64,000 bases of DNA from Nitrospira sp. (GCA_047150005.1 AP038806.1:2944001-3008000); one strand, 5' to 3'. Shown: positions 43,234 to 54,659, counted from the stretch's first letter. A program made the numbers and translations. Notes: generated by a model not told the origin, from the sequence alone.

Positions 43234-43452
43234 ATGCTGAAGGGGTTTTTGAATTATGGGCTGGTGGCGGCGGTTTTGGTCTGGGCCGCTGTGGTCGGTC
43301 TCATGGCCTATCGGCTGGAGGATTCACCGTGGCGGTGGGCCTTTATTGCCTTGGCCTTCGGAGGGATTCTGACGATCGTCGCCATTTTCCGGATCAGACG
43401 ATATATCGACAGCTTGAACAAGGCCGAGGAAGAGCGGGGGAGCCAATCGTGA
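43234..43452 (+). CDS. Small two-TM membrane protein
   Basis: MLKGFLNYG...; stop overlaps the purS GTG. Confidence 0.65.
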   Translation: MLKGFLNYGLVAAVLVWAAVVGLMAYRLEDSPWRWAFIALAFGGILTIVAIFRIRRYIDSLNKAEEERGSQS

Positions 43453-43688
43453 AGGCAAAAGTTCATGTGACGTTGAAGCAGGGGATTCTCGATCCGCAGG
43501 GAAAGGCGATCGAACATGCGCTCGACTCGTTGGGGTTCAAGGGAGTGGCGAATGTGCGGGTGGGCAAGTATATGGAACTGGATCTGAACGAAACGGACAG
43601 GGCCAAGGCGGAAACGCTGCTGAAGCAGATGTGTGAGAAGCTGCTGGCCAATACGGTCATTGAAGAATATCGGTACGAACTTGGGTAG
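43449..43688 (+). CDS. purS: FGAM synthase subunit PurS
   Basis: 'DPQGKAI', 'LLANTVIE'. Confidence 0.95.
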   Translation: MKAKVHVTLKQGILDPQGKAIEHALDSLGFKGVANVRVGKYMELDLNETDRAKAETLLKQMCEKLLANTVIEEYRYELG

Positions 43689-43789
43689 TGCTGGGTGCTG
43701 AGATTTGAGTGCTGAGTCAAATTGTGAAGGATTTCTTGGCATTTGGTTTCCTGGCTCAGCACTCACCACCCAGGACTGAGGACTGACTT

Positions 43790-44506
43790 ATGAAAATCGG
43801 AGTTCTCGTTTTCCCAGGGAGTAATTGCGATCACGATTGCCGCCATGTCCTCGAGGATGTGCTCGGCCAGTCGGTGGCGATGGTCTGGCACAAGGATGCG
43901 TTGCCGGTCGGATTGGACGCGGTCGTGATCCCCGGAGGGTTCTCGTACGGCGACTATTTGCGCACCGGGGCGATCGCGCGGTTCTCGCCGGTCATGACGG
44001 CGGTCAAGGAGTTTGCCGCGAAGGGTGGGCTGGTCCTGGGGATTTGCAACGGCTTCCAGATCCTGCTCGAAGCCGGATTGCTGCCCGGCGCCATGCTGCG
44101 GAATCGCGGGCTGCATTTCGTCTGCCGGGACGTCTTCGTGCGGGTCGAAAATGCGGCTACTCCGTTCACGAGCGCATGCACTCCCGGCCAGGTGCTCAGG
44201 ATTCCGATCGCCCACGCGGAAGGGAGCTACTACACCGATCCTGTGACGCTGGCTGGGCTTCAGGCGAATGCGCAGGTGGTATTCCGGTATTGCACCGAGG
44301 ACGGCAGGGTAACGCCGGAGTCGAATCCGAACGGCTCGCTGGATGACATCGCCGGCATCCGCAACGCCGAAGGCAACGTGTTGGGCATGATGCCCCATCC
44401 CGAGCGCTGCACGGAAGCGTTGTTGGGAAATGAAGACGGACGCATGATCTTTGCGTCGATGTTGGAGGCGTTAAAGAAAAGGCAGCCCAAGATGGTAGGA
44501 GTATGA
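43790..44506 (+). CDS. purQ: FGAM synthase glutaminase subunit
   Basis: 'FPGSNCD', 'GICNGFQ', 'MPHPER'. Confidence 0.97.
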   Translation: MKIGVLVFPGSNCDHDCRHVLEDVLGQSVAMVWHKDALPVGLDAVVIPGGFSYGDYLRTGAIARFSPVMTAVKEFAAKGGLVLGICNGFQILLEAGLLPGAMLRNRGLHFVCRDVFVRVENAATPFTSACTPGQVLRIPIAHAEGSYYTDPVTLAGLQANAQVVFRYCTEDGRVTPESNPNGSLDDIAGIRNAEGNVLGMMPHPERCTEALLGNEDGRMIFASMLEALKKRQPKMVGV

Positions 44507-44609
44507 CGCGGGTCCTGCCGCTGACCCAGCCCATTCGTCCTCGGTCCATGCATCCCCAGTGGGTCCCTTCCGCTGCGGGCAAATGGGCCCCGAGTCAGCT
44601 TCACCCGCG
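44507..44609. repeat. Palindromic intergenic element
   Basis: cgcgggt...gctgac / gtcagc...acccgcg. Confidence 0.55.
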
Positions 44610-44628
44610 GTCTGTAATTGATAACTAG

Positions 44629-45806
44629 GGAAGGTCTGATTTATTCCTCTTCCGAGATATGCTAAGGATGGCGCCTCACTTCTGAGGAGGCACCCCCATG
44701 CCGCAACAGACCTTTGCCGAGGGCACGTTCGAACAGTATCGCAAACCCACCCGCCGCGAGCGGTTCCTCGACGAGATGGATCGCGTGGTGCCGTGGGCGG
44801 AGTTGGTGGCCGTGATCGAGCCGGTCTATCCCAAGGCCGAGGGCCCGGGGCGTCCACCGATCGGGATCGAACGCATGCTGCGCCTCCATTGTCTGCAACA
44901 ATGGTTCAACCTGTCGGACCCCGCCGTGGAGGAAGCGTTGTACGACTCGCGGGCCATGCGGCAGTTCGTGGGCATTGATCTGGGCCGTGAGCCCGTGCCC
45001 GACGAGACGACCATCTGCAAGTTTCGGCATCTCTTGGAGGCCCACGAGTTGGGGAAACAGCTCTTTGCGCGGATCGGCACGTATCTGGCGGCGCAGGGCT
45101 TGACCGTGAGCCGGGGCACCATCGTGGATGCCACCATTATCAGTGCCCCCAGTTCGACGAAGAATCGTACGAAGGAGCGGGATCCGGAGATGCATCAGAC
45201 AAAGAAGGGAAACCAGTGGTACTTCGGCATGAAGGCCCATATTGGCGTGGACAGCCGCACCAAGCTGATTCATTCGGTCGCGGCCACGGCGGCGAATATC
45301 CATGACAGTCAGGTGTTGCCCAAACTGCTGCATGGGCAGGAGACCCGGGTGTGGGGCGACTCAGCTTATAGCGGGCAACGTGACGTGATGCAGCGCCACG
45401 CCCCCAGGGCCAAGAGCTTCGTGCAGACGAAAGCCCATCGCCATCAGCCGCTGAGTGAACCGGAGCGGGCCAGGAACCGGACGAAGTCGAAGGTCCGTGC
45501 GAAGGTCGAACATGTGTTCTTGGTGATGAAGCGGATCTTCGGCTGGGCCAAAGTCCGGTACCGTGGGTTGGCGAAGAACACCCACTGGCTCCAGATCAGC
45601 TGCGGCTTGGCCAATCTGTACATGGTGCGGCGACGGCTTTTGGCGGAGACGTAGGGAACGGGGGTCCGGAGACTGGCAACGAGCCATCGGACGGTGGGTG
45701 CGCCCCATGAACAGGCTCCCGGACCAGCGGATGCCTACCGGATTCGTCCTGCTGATCAGCCCAGGAACAAATTTCTGAGTGGAAATGTGAATAAATCAGA
45801 CCTTCC
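44629..45806 (+). mobile_element. IS5-family element, copy 2 (1178 bp)
   Basis: Same TIRs and length as copy 1; TSD CTAG. Confidence 0.97.
44698..45654 (+). CDS. IS5-family transposase
   Basis: Protein identical to 21490-22446. Confidence 0.97.
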   Translation: MPQQTFAEGTFEQYRKPTRRERFLDEMDRVVPWAELVAVIEPVYPKAEGPGRPPIGIERMLRLHCLQQWFNLSDPAVEEALYDSRAMRQFVGIDLGREPVPDETTICKFRHLLEAHELGKQLFARIGTYLAAQGLTVSRGTIVDATIISAPSSTKNRTKERDPEMHQTKKGNQWYFGMKAHIGVDSRTKLIHSVAATAANIHDSQVLPKLLHGQETRVWGDSAYSGQRDVMQRHAPRAKSFVQTKAHRHQPLSEPERARNRTKSKVRAKVEHVFLVMKRIFGWAKVRYRGLAKNTHWLQISCGLANLYMVRRRLLAET

Positions 45807-45873
45807 CTAGCAAAGCGGCAGCAAGTCCGTATTTTGAAGAACATACCGTTGTCACTGCGACGTATAGGAATTC

Positions 45874-48123
45874 ATGAATAGCACGAGCGTTCCCATGACC
45901 AAAGAGCTCATCGCGCAGCACAATCTTACGGAGGACGAGTACAAGAAGATCATTGAGATTCTCGGACGCGAGCCGAATCTCACGGAATTGGGCATGTTTT
46001 CCGTGATGTGGTCGGAACATTGCTCTTACAAGAGCTCGCGCGTGCATTTGAAGAAGCTGCCGACCACGGGTCCCCGCGTCGTGCAAGGCCCAGGTGAAAA
46101 TGCCGGCGCCGTCGACATCGGCGACGGACTCTGCGTCGTGTTCAAGATGGAGTCGCACAACCACCCCTCGTTCATCGAACCGTATCAGGGAGCGGCGACC
46201 GGCGTAGGAGGGATCCTGCGCGACGTGTTCACGATGGGCGCCAGGCCTATCGCGCTGCTCGACTCACTGCGTTTCGGCGAGCTGACCTCGACCAAGAACC
46301 GTCATCTGATGAGAGGCGTGGTGGCCGGAATTGCCGGATACGGGAACTGCATGGGTGTGCCCACAGTCGGCGGCGAGGTGCGCTTCGACGACATCTACTC
46401 CATGAATCCGCTGGTCAACGTGTTTTGCCTCGGTGTAGCGCACAAGGACAAGATCTTCAGAGGGACGGCGGCGGGCGTTGGCAACCCGGTGATCTACTTC
46501 GGTTCGAAAACCGGCCGTGACGGTATTCACGGCGCTACGATGGCGTCCGATTCGTTCGACGATCAATCGGAGCAAAAGCGTCCCACCGTCCAGGTCGGGG
46601 ATCCGTTCCAGGAGAAGCTGCTGTTGGAAGCCTGCCTCGAGTTGATGGCGGAAGATCTGCTGGTGGGCATCCAGGACATGGGAGCGGCCGGTCTGACCAG
46701 TTCCTCGTGCGAGATGGCGTCGCGGGCCGGCAACGGGATCGAACTCGACCTGACGAACGTTCCCCGGCGGGAGCCGGGCATGACTCCCTATGAATTGATG
46801 CTCTCCGAATCTCAGGAACGCATGCTGATGGTGGCGAAAGCCGGCAAGGAAGAGGACTGCATCAGAATCTGCAAGAAATGGGACCTGGACGTTGCGGTGG
46901 TAGGACGGGTGACCGGCGACGGCATGCTACGGGTGAAGGATCAAGGACAGCTGGTGGCGGAGGTTCCCGCCAAGGCGCTGGCCGACGAGGGACCTCGCTA
47001 TGAACGACCCCATCAGCCGCCGGCCTACCAGGATATGCTGGCCAACCTGAACTACGATGCGGTGCCTGACGTGAAGGATGCGAACGCCGCGTTGCTGGCA
47101 TTGCTGGAATCGCCGACGATCGCCAGCAAGCGGTGGGTCTACGAGCAATACGATCACATGGTCCGCACCAACTCCGTCGTTCGTCCCGGCTCGGACGCCG
47201 CCGTGGTTCGGATAAAGGGGACCAACAAGGCCGTGGCGATGACCGTGGACTGCAACGGGCGCTATTGCCTGCTCCATCCTTATGAAGGAGCCAGGTTGGC
47301 GGTCGCGGAAGCGGCGCGAAATCTCGTCTGTGCGGGCGCGGAGCCGATCGGACTGACGGACTGCTTGAACTTCGGCAACCCCGAGCGGCCGGAAATCATG
47401 TGGCAGTTCGTGCTGGCGATCGAGGGCCTGAAGGACGCCTGCGAGTCCCTCCAGATCCCCATCGTGAGCGGCAACGTGAGTTTCTACAATGAGACGAACG
47501 GGCTCTCCATTTATCCGACGCCCATGCTGGGCATGGTGGGGTTGATCGAGGAGGCCGACTGCTCCATGACTCAGTGGTTCAAGCAGGAGGGCGACGACAT
47601 CCTCCTGCTTGGTTCGTCGAGGGACGATCTCGGCGGATCGGAGTATCTGAAGATCGTCCACTCTCGCGAGCAGGGCTCTCCGCCCTTTTTGAACATGGAG
47701 ACCGAACAACGGTTGCAGGATTGTGTCTTGAGCCTGATCCGTTCGGGCCTGGTGCAGTCGGCTCATGATTGTTCCGACGGCGGCCTGGCGGTCGCGCTGG
47801 CCGAGTCGTGTATCTCCACCGAAGACCGGAGACTTGGCGCTGTGGTAACATTACCGGTCGGGCGGTTGAGGCGCGATGCGGTGCTGTTCGGAGAAAGCCA
47901 GTCGAGAGTCGTGCTGTCGGCCAAGGTCGGAAATCGGGAGGCCGTTCTGGAGCAGGCGCGGCAGCGCGGCGTGCCGGCCGAAGTCATCGGGAGCGTCGGA
48001 GGCGCACGGGTTGTTGCCTACATGAGAGACGCCCATTCGACGACAAAGACGATCGATGTGGCGGTTTCCACGTTGTACGAATCGTGGGCGAACTCTTTGG
48101 AACGGACGTTGGCGCAGGAATAG
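45874..48123 (+). CDS. purL: FGAM synthase large subunit
   Basis: '[10 protein letters not shown]', 'ESHNHPS', 'QDMGAAG'. Confidence 0.98.
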   Translation: MNSTSVPMTKELIAQHNLTEDEYKKIIEILGREPNLTELGMFSVMWSEHCSYKSSRVHLKKLPTTGPRVVQGPGENAGAVDIGDGLCVVFKMESHNHPSFIEPYQGAATGVGGILRDVFTMGARPIALLDSLRFGELTSTKNRHLMRGVVAGIAGYGNCMGVPTVGGEVRFDDIYSMNPLVNVFCLGVAHKDKIFRGTAAGVGNPVIYFGSKTGRDGIHGATMASDSFDDQSEQKRPTVQVGDPFQEKLLLEACLELMAEDLLVGIQDMGAAGLTSSSCEMASRAGNGIELDLTNVPRREPGMTPYELMLSESQERMLMVAKAGKEEDCIRICKKWDLDVAVVGRVTGDGMLRVKDQGQLVAEVPAKALADEGPRYERPHQPPAYQDMLANLNYDAVPDVKDANAALLALLESPTIASKRWVYEQYDHMVRTNSVVRPGSDAAVVRIKGTNKAVAMTVDCNGRYCLLHPYEGARLAVAEAARNLVCAGAEPIGLTDCLNFGNPERPEIMWQFVLAIEGLKDACESLQIPIVSGNVSFYNETNGLSIYPTPMLGMVGLIEEADCSMTQWFKQEGDDILLLGSSRDDLGGSEYLKIVHSREQGSPPFLNMETEQRLQDCVLSLIRSGLVQSAHDCSDGGLAVALAESCISTEDRRLGAVVTLPVGRLRRDAVLFGESQSRVVLSAKVGNREAVLEQARQRGVPAEVIGSVGGARVVAYMRDAHSTTKTIDVAVSTLYESWANSLERTLAQE

Positions 48124-48150
48124 TCGAGATCCGAACCGACGGCATTCATC

Positions 48151-49581
48151 ATGATGAAAGAACTTCCATTGATCACTTCCGATAAATTCCACGACGAGTG
48201 CGCCGTGTTCGGCGTCTATGGCCATGAGGAAGCCGCCAATCTCACCTATCTCGGCCTCTATGCGCTCCAGCATCGCGGACAGGAAGCCTCCGGCATCGTC
48301 TCAGGGGACGGCGACCAGTTCTTCGTGCAAAAGGGGATGGGGCTGGTCGCCGACATCTACAATAAGTCGATCCTCGAAGCGTTGTCGGGACACATGGCCA
48401 TCGGACATAACCGGTATTCGACCGCCGGGGGACAAGATCTGAAGAACGTGCAACCGCTGATCGTGAACTTCGCGTTCGGAAATCTGGCGCTGGCACACAA
48501 TGGGAATTTGATCAACGCCCAAGTCCTGCGGCACGAACTGGAAGCCTACGGCGGGATTTTCCAATCGACCTCCGACAGCGAGGTCATCATCCATCTGATT
48601 GCCCATTCGCGGGCCAGCACCTTTCTCGCGCGCGTGATCGATGCCTTGAGCCAGATCCGCGGCGCCTTTTCCGTGGTGCTGATGACGGACAACGGTCTGA
48701 TCGCTGCGCGGGACCCGCACGGGTTGCGGCCGCTGTGCATCGGAAGGCTCAGAAGCAGCTGGATCGTGGCGTCGGAGACCTGCGCCTTCGACTTACTCGA
48801 TGCGGAATACGTCAGAGAAGTCGAGCCGGGCGAACTGGTGGTGCTCAATGATCAGGGCTTGGAGAGCCATCACCCCTTCACTCATGTGGATCCGGCCATG
48901 TGCGTCTTCGAGTACGTGTATTTTGCCAGGCCGGACAGCAGGATCTACGGCGCTAATGCGGTCTACGGCACCAGAAAGGCGCTGGGCCGGCAGCTGGCTC
49001 AGGAGTCCTGGGTGCCGGCCGACATCGTGATTCCGGTGCCGGATTCTGGCGTGCCGGCTGCCTTGGGATATGCCGAAGGCGGGGGTATCCGGTTTGAGAC
49101 AGGCCTGATCCGAAACCACTACGTCGGTCGGACATTCATCGAGCCGGAACAGTCCATCCGGCATTTCGGCGTGAAGGTGAAGCTGAATGCCGTGCCGGAA
49201 ATTCTGGCGGGCAAGCGCGTCGTGGTTGTCGATGATTCGCTCGTGCGGGGCACGACCAGCCGCAAGATTGTGAAAATGATCCGTCAGGCCGGCGCGAAGG
49301 AAGTCCACGTGCGGATCAGTTCCCCGCCGATCATTTCCCCCTGCTTTTACGGCATTGATACGCCGACCAAGAAGGAACTGATCGCCTCGAGCCACTCGAT
49401 CGAGGAAATCAGAAAATACATTACGGCCGATAGCCTCGCGTATCTGAGCTTGGAGGGCATGTTGAAGTCCGCTCCCGGTTCGCCCACCCAATACTGCAGC
49501 GCCTGCTTCACGGAGAAATATCCCATCTCGTTTACGCGGGCGGAAGAACTGCAGCTTGGCCTCTTCGAACCTTCTTCCTAG
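48151..49581 (+). CDS. purF: Amidophosphoribosyltransferase
   Basis: 'ECAVFG', 'QHRGQE', '[10 protein letters not shown]'. Confidence 0.98.
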   Translation: MMKELPLITSDKFHDECAVFGVYGHEEAANLTYLGLYALQHRGQEASGIVSGDGDQFFVQKGMGLVADIYNKSILEALSGHMAIGHNRYSTAGGQDLKNVQPLIVNFAFGNLALAHNGNLINAQVLRHELEAYGGIFQSTSDSEVIIHLIAHSRASTFLARVIDALSQIRGAFSVVLMTDNGLIAARDPHGLRPLCIGRLRSSWIVASETCAFDLLDAEYVREVEPGELVVLNDQGLESHHPFTHVDPAMCVFEYVYFARPDSRIYGANAVYGTRKALGRQLAQESWVPADIVIPVPDSGVPAALGYAEGGGIRFETGLIRNHYVGRTFIEPEQSIRHFGVKVKLNAVPEILAGKRVVVVDDSLVRGTTSRKIVKMIRQAGAKEVHVRISSPPIISPCFYGIDTPTKKELIASSHSIEEIRKYITADSLAYLSLEGMLKSAPGSPTQYCSACFTEKYPISFTRAEELQLGLFEPSS

Positions 49582-49659
49582 CCTTCGGTTGGTTCCCTTC
49601 TCTCGTTGGAATCGGGGAAAACTGGATTTCCCGCGCGGCCTTGCTACACTGAACCGGCC

Positions 49660-50133
49660 ATGCTCCGCTTGTGGGTGAAATACGCGATGATCGTGCGGAC
49701 CGGCCTGTTGGTCCTTCGGGTCCGCGTTCTGCTGATGACAAAAGATCTGCTCGAAGTCGTCGAGACGCTTAGCCCCGGCACTGTTGGAGAAAGACGAGAT
49801 GATTCAACGATGAATGATCACATCTACTATGTGGATCGATGGCTCCGCCTGTTCCCTTATAACAAGAAGGGGAATTGTTTCCCCAGGGCTCTGGCAGGCT
49901 ATTGGTTCGCCAGACGCTCCGGGTATCCGGTCCGTTTCCATTGTGGAGTCAGGAAAGAAGGCTCCAGATTGGACGGCCATGCCTGGCTCACCCTTGATGG
50001 AGAGCCGTTTCATGAAACAAGCCGGCAGTGGCGGGAGTACGTGGTGACGTTTTCCTATCCCTCCGATGCGCCTGTGGCCAACGGGCAGCGGCAAACGGCT
50101 CATGGCCGGGAAGCCCGCATCATGCCGTCATAG
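49660..50133 (+). CDS. Lasso-peptide B2-like transglutaminase-fold leader peptidase
   Basis: Catalytic Cys 'NCFPRAL' and His 'GVRK....DGHAWL'. Confidence 0.85.
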   Translation: MLRLWVKYAMIVRTGLLVLRVRVLLMTKDLLEVVETLSPGTVGERRDDSTMNDHIYYVDRWLRLFPYNKKGNCFPRALAGYWFARRSGYPVRFHCGVRKEGSRLDGHAWLTLDGEPFHETSRQWREYVVTFSYPSDAPVANGQRQTAHGREARIMPS

Positions 50134-50162
50134 TGTTTGACGGACGAGTCATTTCAACGTCG

Positions 50163-51974
50163 ATGAAAAAGTCTCTGGAACGACTCCAACCAGTCCTGCT
50201 GACCCTCCGCCAGGCTCTCTCCTTTGTGTGGCAGAGCAGCCCGGGGATGGCCCTCGCCAGCGTCGGCGTGCGTCTCCTACAAGGCATCCTCCCACTTGTC
50301 TTGCTGTACCTGACCAAACTGTTGATCGATGCCGTCACCGAAGGGTTTAAGGCTCCAGCGGTTGAGGCCTCACCGGCCACCGTTACGACGATCCTCATAG
50401 GACTGGCAGCAGTCGCGGTGGGGAGCGCGCTGCTCACGGTCGTAGCGTCGGTTGTCTCGCGAGTGCATGCGCAGGTGGTGACGGACTATATGCACGGCCT
50501 GCTGCAGAAAAAGTCGGTGGAAGTCGATCTCGAATATTATGAGAACCCTCGGTATCAGGATACGCTTCACCGCGCTCAACAGGAAGCTCCCTATCGCCCG
50601 ACCGCTGTCCTCAACGCATTGCTGCAATTAGTACAGGACGGCATCTCGCTTCTGGCCATGGCCGGTATTCTCTGGTGGTTGCACTGGGCGGTGATTCCGG
50701 TCCTGGTGCTGACCGCCCTGCCGTATTTTCTGGTGCGCCTGCAGCAATCCAACAGACTGTTTGCGTGGGAACGGGAGAGAACGCCTCTCGAGCGGAGAGC
50801 CTGGTATTTCAATTGGCTATTGACACAGGCGATGGCGGCGAAGGAAGTGCGGTTGTTCAATCTGGGACCTCGCCTGCGCCAAGGGTTCCAAGAGGCACGG
50901 TCGGTCCTGCGCAACGAACGCATCACCATGGAGCGGCGCTGGGCCATGGCGGGACTGGCGGCTCAACTCGTTGGAGTGGCCGGCGTATTCGGGGTCTACA
51001 CGGCCGTGGCGTTCCGGGCGTTTTATGGCATGCTGACCGTCGGGGATCTGGTGATGTACTTTCAAGCAGTGCAGCGGGCATCAGGTTTCCTGGAAGGGCT
51101 CGGATGGAGCCTCTCGAGTCTCTACGAAAACAATCTCTTTCTGACGACGCTCAACGAATTCCTGAGCGTACATTCTCATGTGCCGGAATCCGCCCATCCT
51201 CAGCCCTTTCCGACTACGATCCGTCAGGGGATTAGGTTCGACCACGTGTCTTTTCGATACCCCGAAGAAGGTCGAGTTGCGGTGAGGGAATTCACGTTTG
51301 CGATCGCCCCCGGGGAACATGTCGCATTTGTCGGGGCCAACGGCGCGGGAAAAACCACTCTGGTCAAGCTGCTCTGCCGCCTGTACGATCCGACCGAGGG
51401 CAGGATCACGATCGATGGAGTGGATCTTCGGGACTACCGGATTGCGGACGTGCGCGCCGCGATCAGCGGGATCTTTCAGGACTTCGTGAAGTATCAATTG
51501 TCTGCAGGAGACAACATTGCTCTGGGTACGCAAACGGGAAGTGCTCATCTGACTGCGATCACGGGAGCCGCAAAGCGGGCGGGAGTCCATGACGCCATTG
51601 AACGACTGCCGCGCAAATACGAGTCTCTCCTGGGGAAGCTGTTCGAAGGCGGACATGAACTCAGTATCGGCGAATGGCAGAAAGTAGCCCTGGCGCGGGC
51701 TGTGCTGCGCGATTCTCAGATTTTGATTCTTGATGAGCCCACCAGTTCCATGGATGCCAAGGCGGAATCCGAGCTGTTTGAGCGGTTTCATGAGCTGGCC
51801 CAGGGCCGCATGGCTGTTTTGATCAGCCATAGGCTCTCCACCGTGAAAATGGCGGATCGGATTTATGTTATTGACGACGGTCAGGTTGTCGAACAGGGAA
51901 CCCACGATACTCTCATGCGTCAGCACGGTCTTTACGCTACGTTGTTCCTCACCCAAGCTCAACACTACCAGTAA
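50163..51974 (+). CDS. ABC exporter (TMD plus NBD)
   Basis: 'GANGAGKTT', 'LSIGEWQKVALAR', 'ILDEPT', 'SHR'. Confidence 0.93.
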   Translation: MKKSLERLQPVLLTLRQALSFVWQSSPGMALASVGVRLLQGILPLVLLYLTKLLIDAVTEGFKAPAVEASPATVTTILIGLAAVAVGSALLTVVASVVSRVHAQVVTDYMHGLLQKKSVEVDLEYYENPRYQDTLHRAQQEAPYRPTAVLNALLQLVQDGISLLAMAGILWWLHWAVIPVLVLTALPYFLVRLQQSNRLFAWERERTPLERRAWYFNWLLTQAMAAKEVRLFNLGPRLRQGFQEARSVLRNERITMERRWAMAGLAAQLVGVAGVFGVYTAVAFRAFYGMLTVGDLVMYFQAVQRASGFLEGLGWSLSSLYENNLFLTTLNEFLSVHSHVPESAHPQPFPTTIRQGIRFDHVSFRYPEEGRVAVREFTFAIAPGEHVAFVGANGAGKTTLVKLLCRLYDPTEGRITIDGVDLRDYRIADVRAAISGIFQDFVKYQLSAGDNIALGTQTGSAHLTAITGAAKRAGVHDAIERLPRKYESLLGKLFEGGHELSIGEWQKVALARAVLRDSQILILDEPTSSMDAKAESELFERFHELAQGRMAVLISHRLSTVKMADRIYVIDDGQVVEQGTHDTLMRQHGLYATLFLTQAQHYQ

Positions 51975-52202
51975 CGCCGCGCTCCTTCACGCCCAGTCTG
52001 TTCCCCTGTGTCGCCTCGCGAGCGGTCATCTTTGTCCGCCGCACAGTGCTACTGACCAACCAAAGTAGGGCAATCTCCTGCTTCCAGGGAGCTAGGCATC
52101 GGCCTGGCGGTGACATATTCTCCTCGAAGACTTCGCGCATCTCCTACGACAGCAGGTTGTAAACGGACAGAAGCGATCGGAGCCAGAGAGGAGTCATTCG
52201 AG

Positions 52203-53195
52203 GTGATTCTGATCCTTGCCGACACTGCCGATCCCTGGTCCACGCTGTTGCACAGAGAATTGTTCGGCCGGGGCCAAGAGGTCTCCTGGATCCGCCCCGA
52301 GCAACTCCTTGATAGAATTCTGCTGAACTGGCCTGTGACATCCGGATCTCCGATTCCCAAGGGCAGGCTGGTGATCGATGGCGTACCGGTCGCGCTTGCC
52401 GATCTCACCGGGATGTTTATTCGATTCGCCCTCCCTCCACCGCTCGAGCTTGACGGGCTGTCGCTTCAAGATCGGGGCTATGTCGCCAAAGAGACGTCCG
52501 CGGCGTGGCTTGGGCTGTTGAACGCCATCCCCTGTTCCGTGGTCAATCGACCTGTTCCGGGTGGCCGGCCCACGCTGCTTGCCGGCAGTCCTTGCCTTTC
52601 CCGCCTGGCAACGGAATGCGGTTTCACCTTGCCGCCGTCACGCACCACTTCGAATCGGACGGACGCGATCATGCAATTTGCGGCCTGGAGCGAGCAAGTC
52701 TTCTTGAAGCCTCTCGCTTCCCAAGAACCCGGTATCACCCTGCAAGCGCAGGACGGTGTTGAGCAGATCTACAAGGCGATGGAGCGCCAGGCGGTGTCCC
52801 TTCAAGCCATTCCGCACGGACAACGGATGACGGTCTATGTCGTCGGCGAAAAAGCGGTGGCGACGATCGTCCAGGCCGACCAATCGCCAGGAGCGAACCC
52901 AAGCATGGCCTCGCTGGCGACTCGTCAATGTGTGGACCTTGTCCGGGCCCTGGGCCTGGCATTCGCCGAATGCCAGCTGGTCGTAACATCAGACCGCACG
53001 ATGTGCTGTCTCGATGTGAGCGGCGCACCGAGCTATTGGCGCTGCCCGCAAGCGGTTCAGCGACAACTCGTAGGTCGTCTGGCCGATCTCTTGTCCGAAC
53101 CGAGGAGTATCCCGATTCATGATTCTTTTGACGGGGCCGATGGCGGATCCTGTGCTGGCGAACGTGTGTGCCAGACTGGCAGTCCGGAACGCTGA
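52203..53195 (+). CDS. ATP-grasp-fold protein 1 (divergent)
   Basis: GAGGAG SD plus GTG; collinear with the next gene ('VVNRP', 'LPPSRTT', 'FLKP', 'LQAIP') but 'LDVS' in place of ExN. Confidence 0.7.
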   Translation: MILILADTADPWSTLLHRELFGRGQEVSWIRPEQLLDRILLNWPVTSGSPIPKGRLVIDGVPVALADLTGMFIRFALPPPLELDGLSLQDRGYVAKETSAAWLGLLNAIPCSVVNRPVPGGRPTLLAGSPCLSRLATECGFTLPPSRTTSNRTDAIMQFAAWSEQVFLKPLASQEPGITLQAQDGVEQIYKAMERQAVSLQAIPHGQRMTVYVVGEKAVATIVQADQSPGANPSMASLATRQCVDLVRALGLAFAECQLVVTSDRTMCCLDVSGAPSYWRCPQAVQRQLVGRLADLLSEPRSIPIHDSFDGADGGSCAGERVCQTGSPER

Positions 53196-54018
53196 CCTGA
53201 TGCTCGTCCATCCGGAATCGGATGGAGAAACCTGGAATCTCGCCTGGTCAACTGAACAGGGCCAGGTCGGCGATTGCCTTCGAGTGGGTCATCGGATTGT
53301 CCATTCGTCTGAAATCAGCGCGGTGTACCTCAGGGGATTTGGGACCCAGGGAGCGACGACTCTCCGGCACCGGTCGCTGTTGACGTCCATGTGGGAGTTT
53401 GTCGACAGCCTCCCGGGTCTGATTGTGAATCGAAGGCAGGCCTCGCACACGAATATGTCAAAGCCGTACCAGCAGCGACTGATCGCCGACCACGCATTCC
53501 TGGTTCCGAAGACGTTGGTGACCATGCTGCCGGAGGAAGCGCGCGCGTTCTACGAGGAGTGTCAGGGACGGGTGATTTACAAGTCTATCAGCGCGGATCG
53601 TTCGATTGTGAGGAGGCTGACACCTGGGGATTTCGGCCGCCTGGAGCAGATCCGATTCTGCCCGATCCAACTTCAAGAGATGGTGCCCGGGGTGGACCTC
53701 CGTATTCACACGGTTGGTGACCGGCTATTCGCCACCGAGATCCTGTCCGATGGGGCTGATTATCGTTACGTTGAACGCGAGAGCGGACAGCGGTCGATGC
53801 GGGCCGTTGAATTGGACCCTGCGCTGCACGGCCGCTGTCTCGAACTGGCCAAGGCCCTCGGATTGACCCTCAGCGGCATTGATCTGCGGCGGACGCCCGG
53901 CGGAGCCTATTACTGTTTCGAAGTCAACACAAGCCCGGGGTTCCCGTTCTTCGAAAATCAGACAGGCCAGCGCATCGGAGATGCCGTGGCCGATCTGCTT
54001 TGTGCAGGGAGGGCATAG
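53119..54018 (+). CDS. RimK/graspetide-type ATP-grasp ligase
   Basis: 'SKPYQ', 'VPKTLVT', 'IYKS', 'LQEMVPGVDLR', 'GIDL', 'FEVNTSPGF'. Confidence 0.88.
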   Translation: MILLTGPMADPVLANVCARLAVRNADLMLVHPESDGETWNLAWSTEQGQVGDCLRVGHRIVHSSEISAVYLRGFGTQGATTLRHRSLLTSMWEFVDSLPGLIVNRRQASHTNMSKPYQQRLIADHAFLVPKTLVTMLPEEARAFYEECQGRVIYKSISADRSIVRRLTPGDFGRLEQIRFCPIQLQEMVPGVDLRIHTVGDRLFATEILSDGADYRYVERESGQRSMRAVELDPALHGRCLELAKALGLTLSGIDLRRTPGGAYYCFEVNTSPGFPFFENQTGQRIGDAVADLLCAGRA

Positions 54019-54059
54019 CCGTGGGATGCGCACGAGGAGGAAAAGGAGGAACTGCCACG

Positions 54060-54518
54060 ATGAGCCGAGAACCGTTCATTACGACAGACTTGAGGCCGGA
54101 CCTAACCGTTCAGGCTGCTGCGATGCAGCCGTTGCACGACGGAGGCGCCACAACGGAGCAACTCGCCGACGCTGCTCGCGCCATTCTATCGGGAGAGGAG
54201 TGCTTGCAGGTCGAACGAGGGAATCAGAAGAGACATCGGCAGTTGCTGCAATCCGTGCCGCGCACAAACCCTAATGTCCAGGGATCGACGCTGGATGGAG
54301 AAACGGTCCTGCTCGACTTGAAGACCGGTCGCTACTACACGCTCAACCGTGTTGGAACAGCTGTCTGGGAGCATTGCATAGGTCGTCAGTCGCTCCTGGA
54401 GATTCATGAAGCGCTCTGCGCCAGATTTGATGCGTCGTCGGAGCGTATTGCCGACGACCTCCTGGCTCTCGTGACCCACCTGTGTCATGAGGGACTCCTG
54501 ACACTGGAAGGGGGGTGA
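54060..54518 (+). CDS. PqqD-family RiPP recognition element (lasso B1-like) with N-terminal extension
   Basis: 'DGETVLLDLKTGRYYTLNRVGTAVWE...L..RFD....I..DL...L..EGLL'; AGGAGG SD. Confidence 0.88.
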   Translation: MSREPFITTDLRPDLTVQAAAMQPLHDGGATTEQLADAARAILSGEECLQVERGNQKRHRQLLQSVPRTNPNVQGSTLDGETVLLDLKTGRYYTLNRVGTAVWEHCIGRQSLLEIHEALCARFDASSERIADDLLALVTHLCHEGLLTLEGG

Positions 54519-54524
54519 GAACGA

Positions 54525-54659
54525 ATGGAGTTGCGGAAGAAGGAATCCTATACGGAGCCTGTGTTGACGACGCACGAACTGCTGCGCGACATCACCGGGA
54601 TAAAGTATCGGGAAAAGACAAGCGACAAGCTGAACGACAAGGTTGGGGTCGAATCCTAG
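54525..54659 (+). CDS. RiPP precursor 1 (44 aa): MELRKKESYTEPVLTTHELLRDITG-IKYREKTSDKLNDKVGVES
   Basis: Translated by hand; GGGGGTGA SD; YxxPxL leader motif; paralogous to precursors 2 and 3. Confidence 0.88.
   Translation: MELRKKESYTEPVLTTHELLRDITGIKYREKTSDKLNDKVGVES

Noticed and set aside
48151..49581. purF as the missing lasso cyclase (shares an Ntn glutaminase domain with asparagine synthetase)
   Set aside because: It has the PRPP-binding motif and sits in the pur operon; an ordinary amidophosphoribosyltransferase
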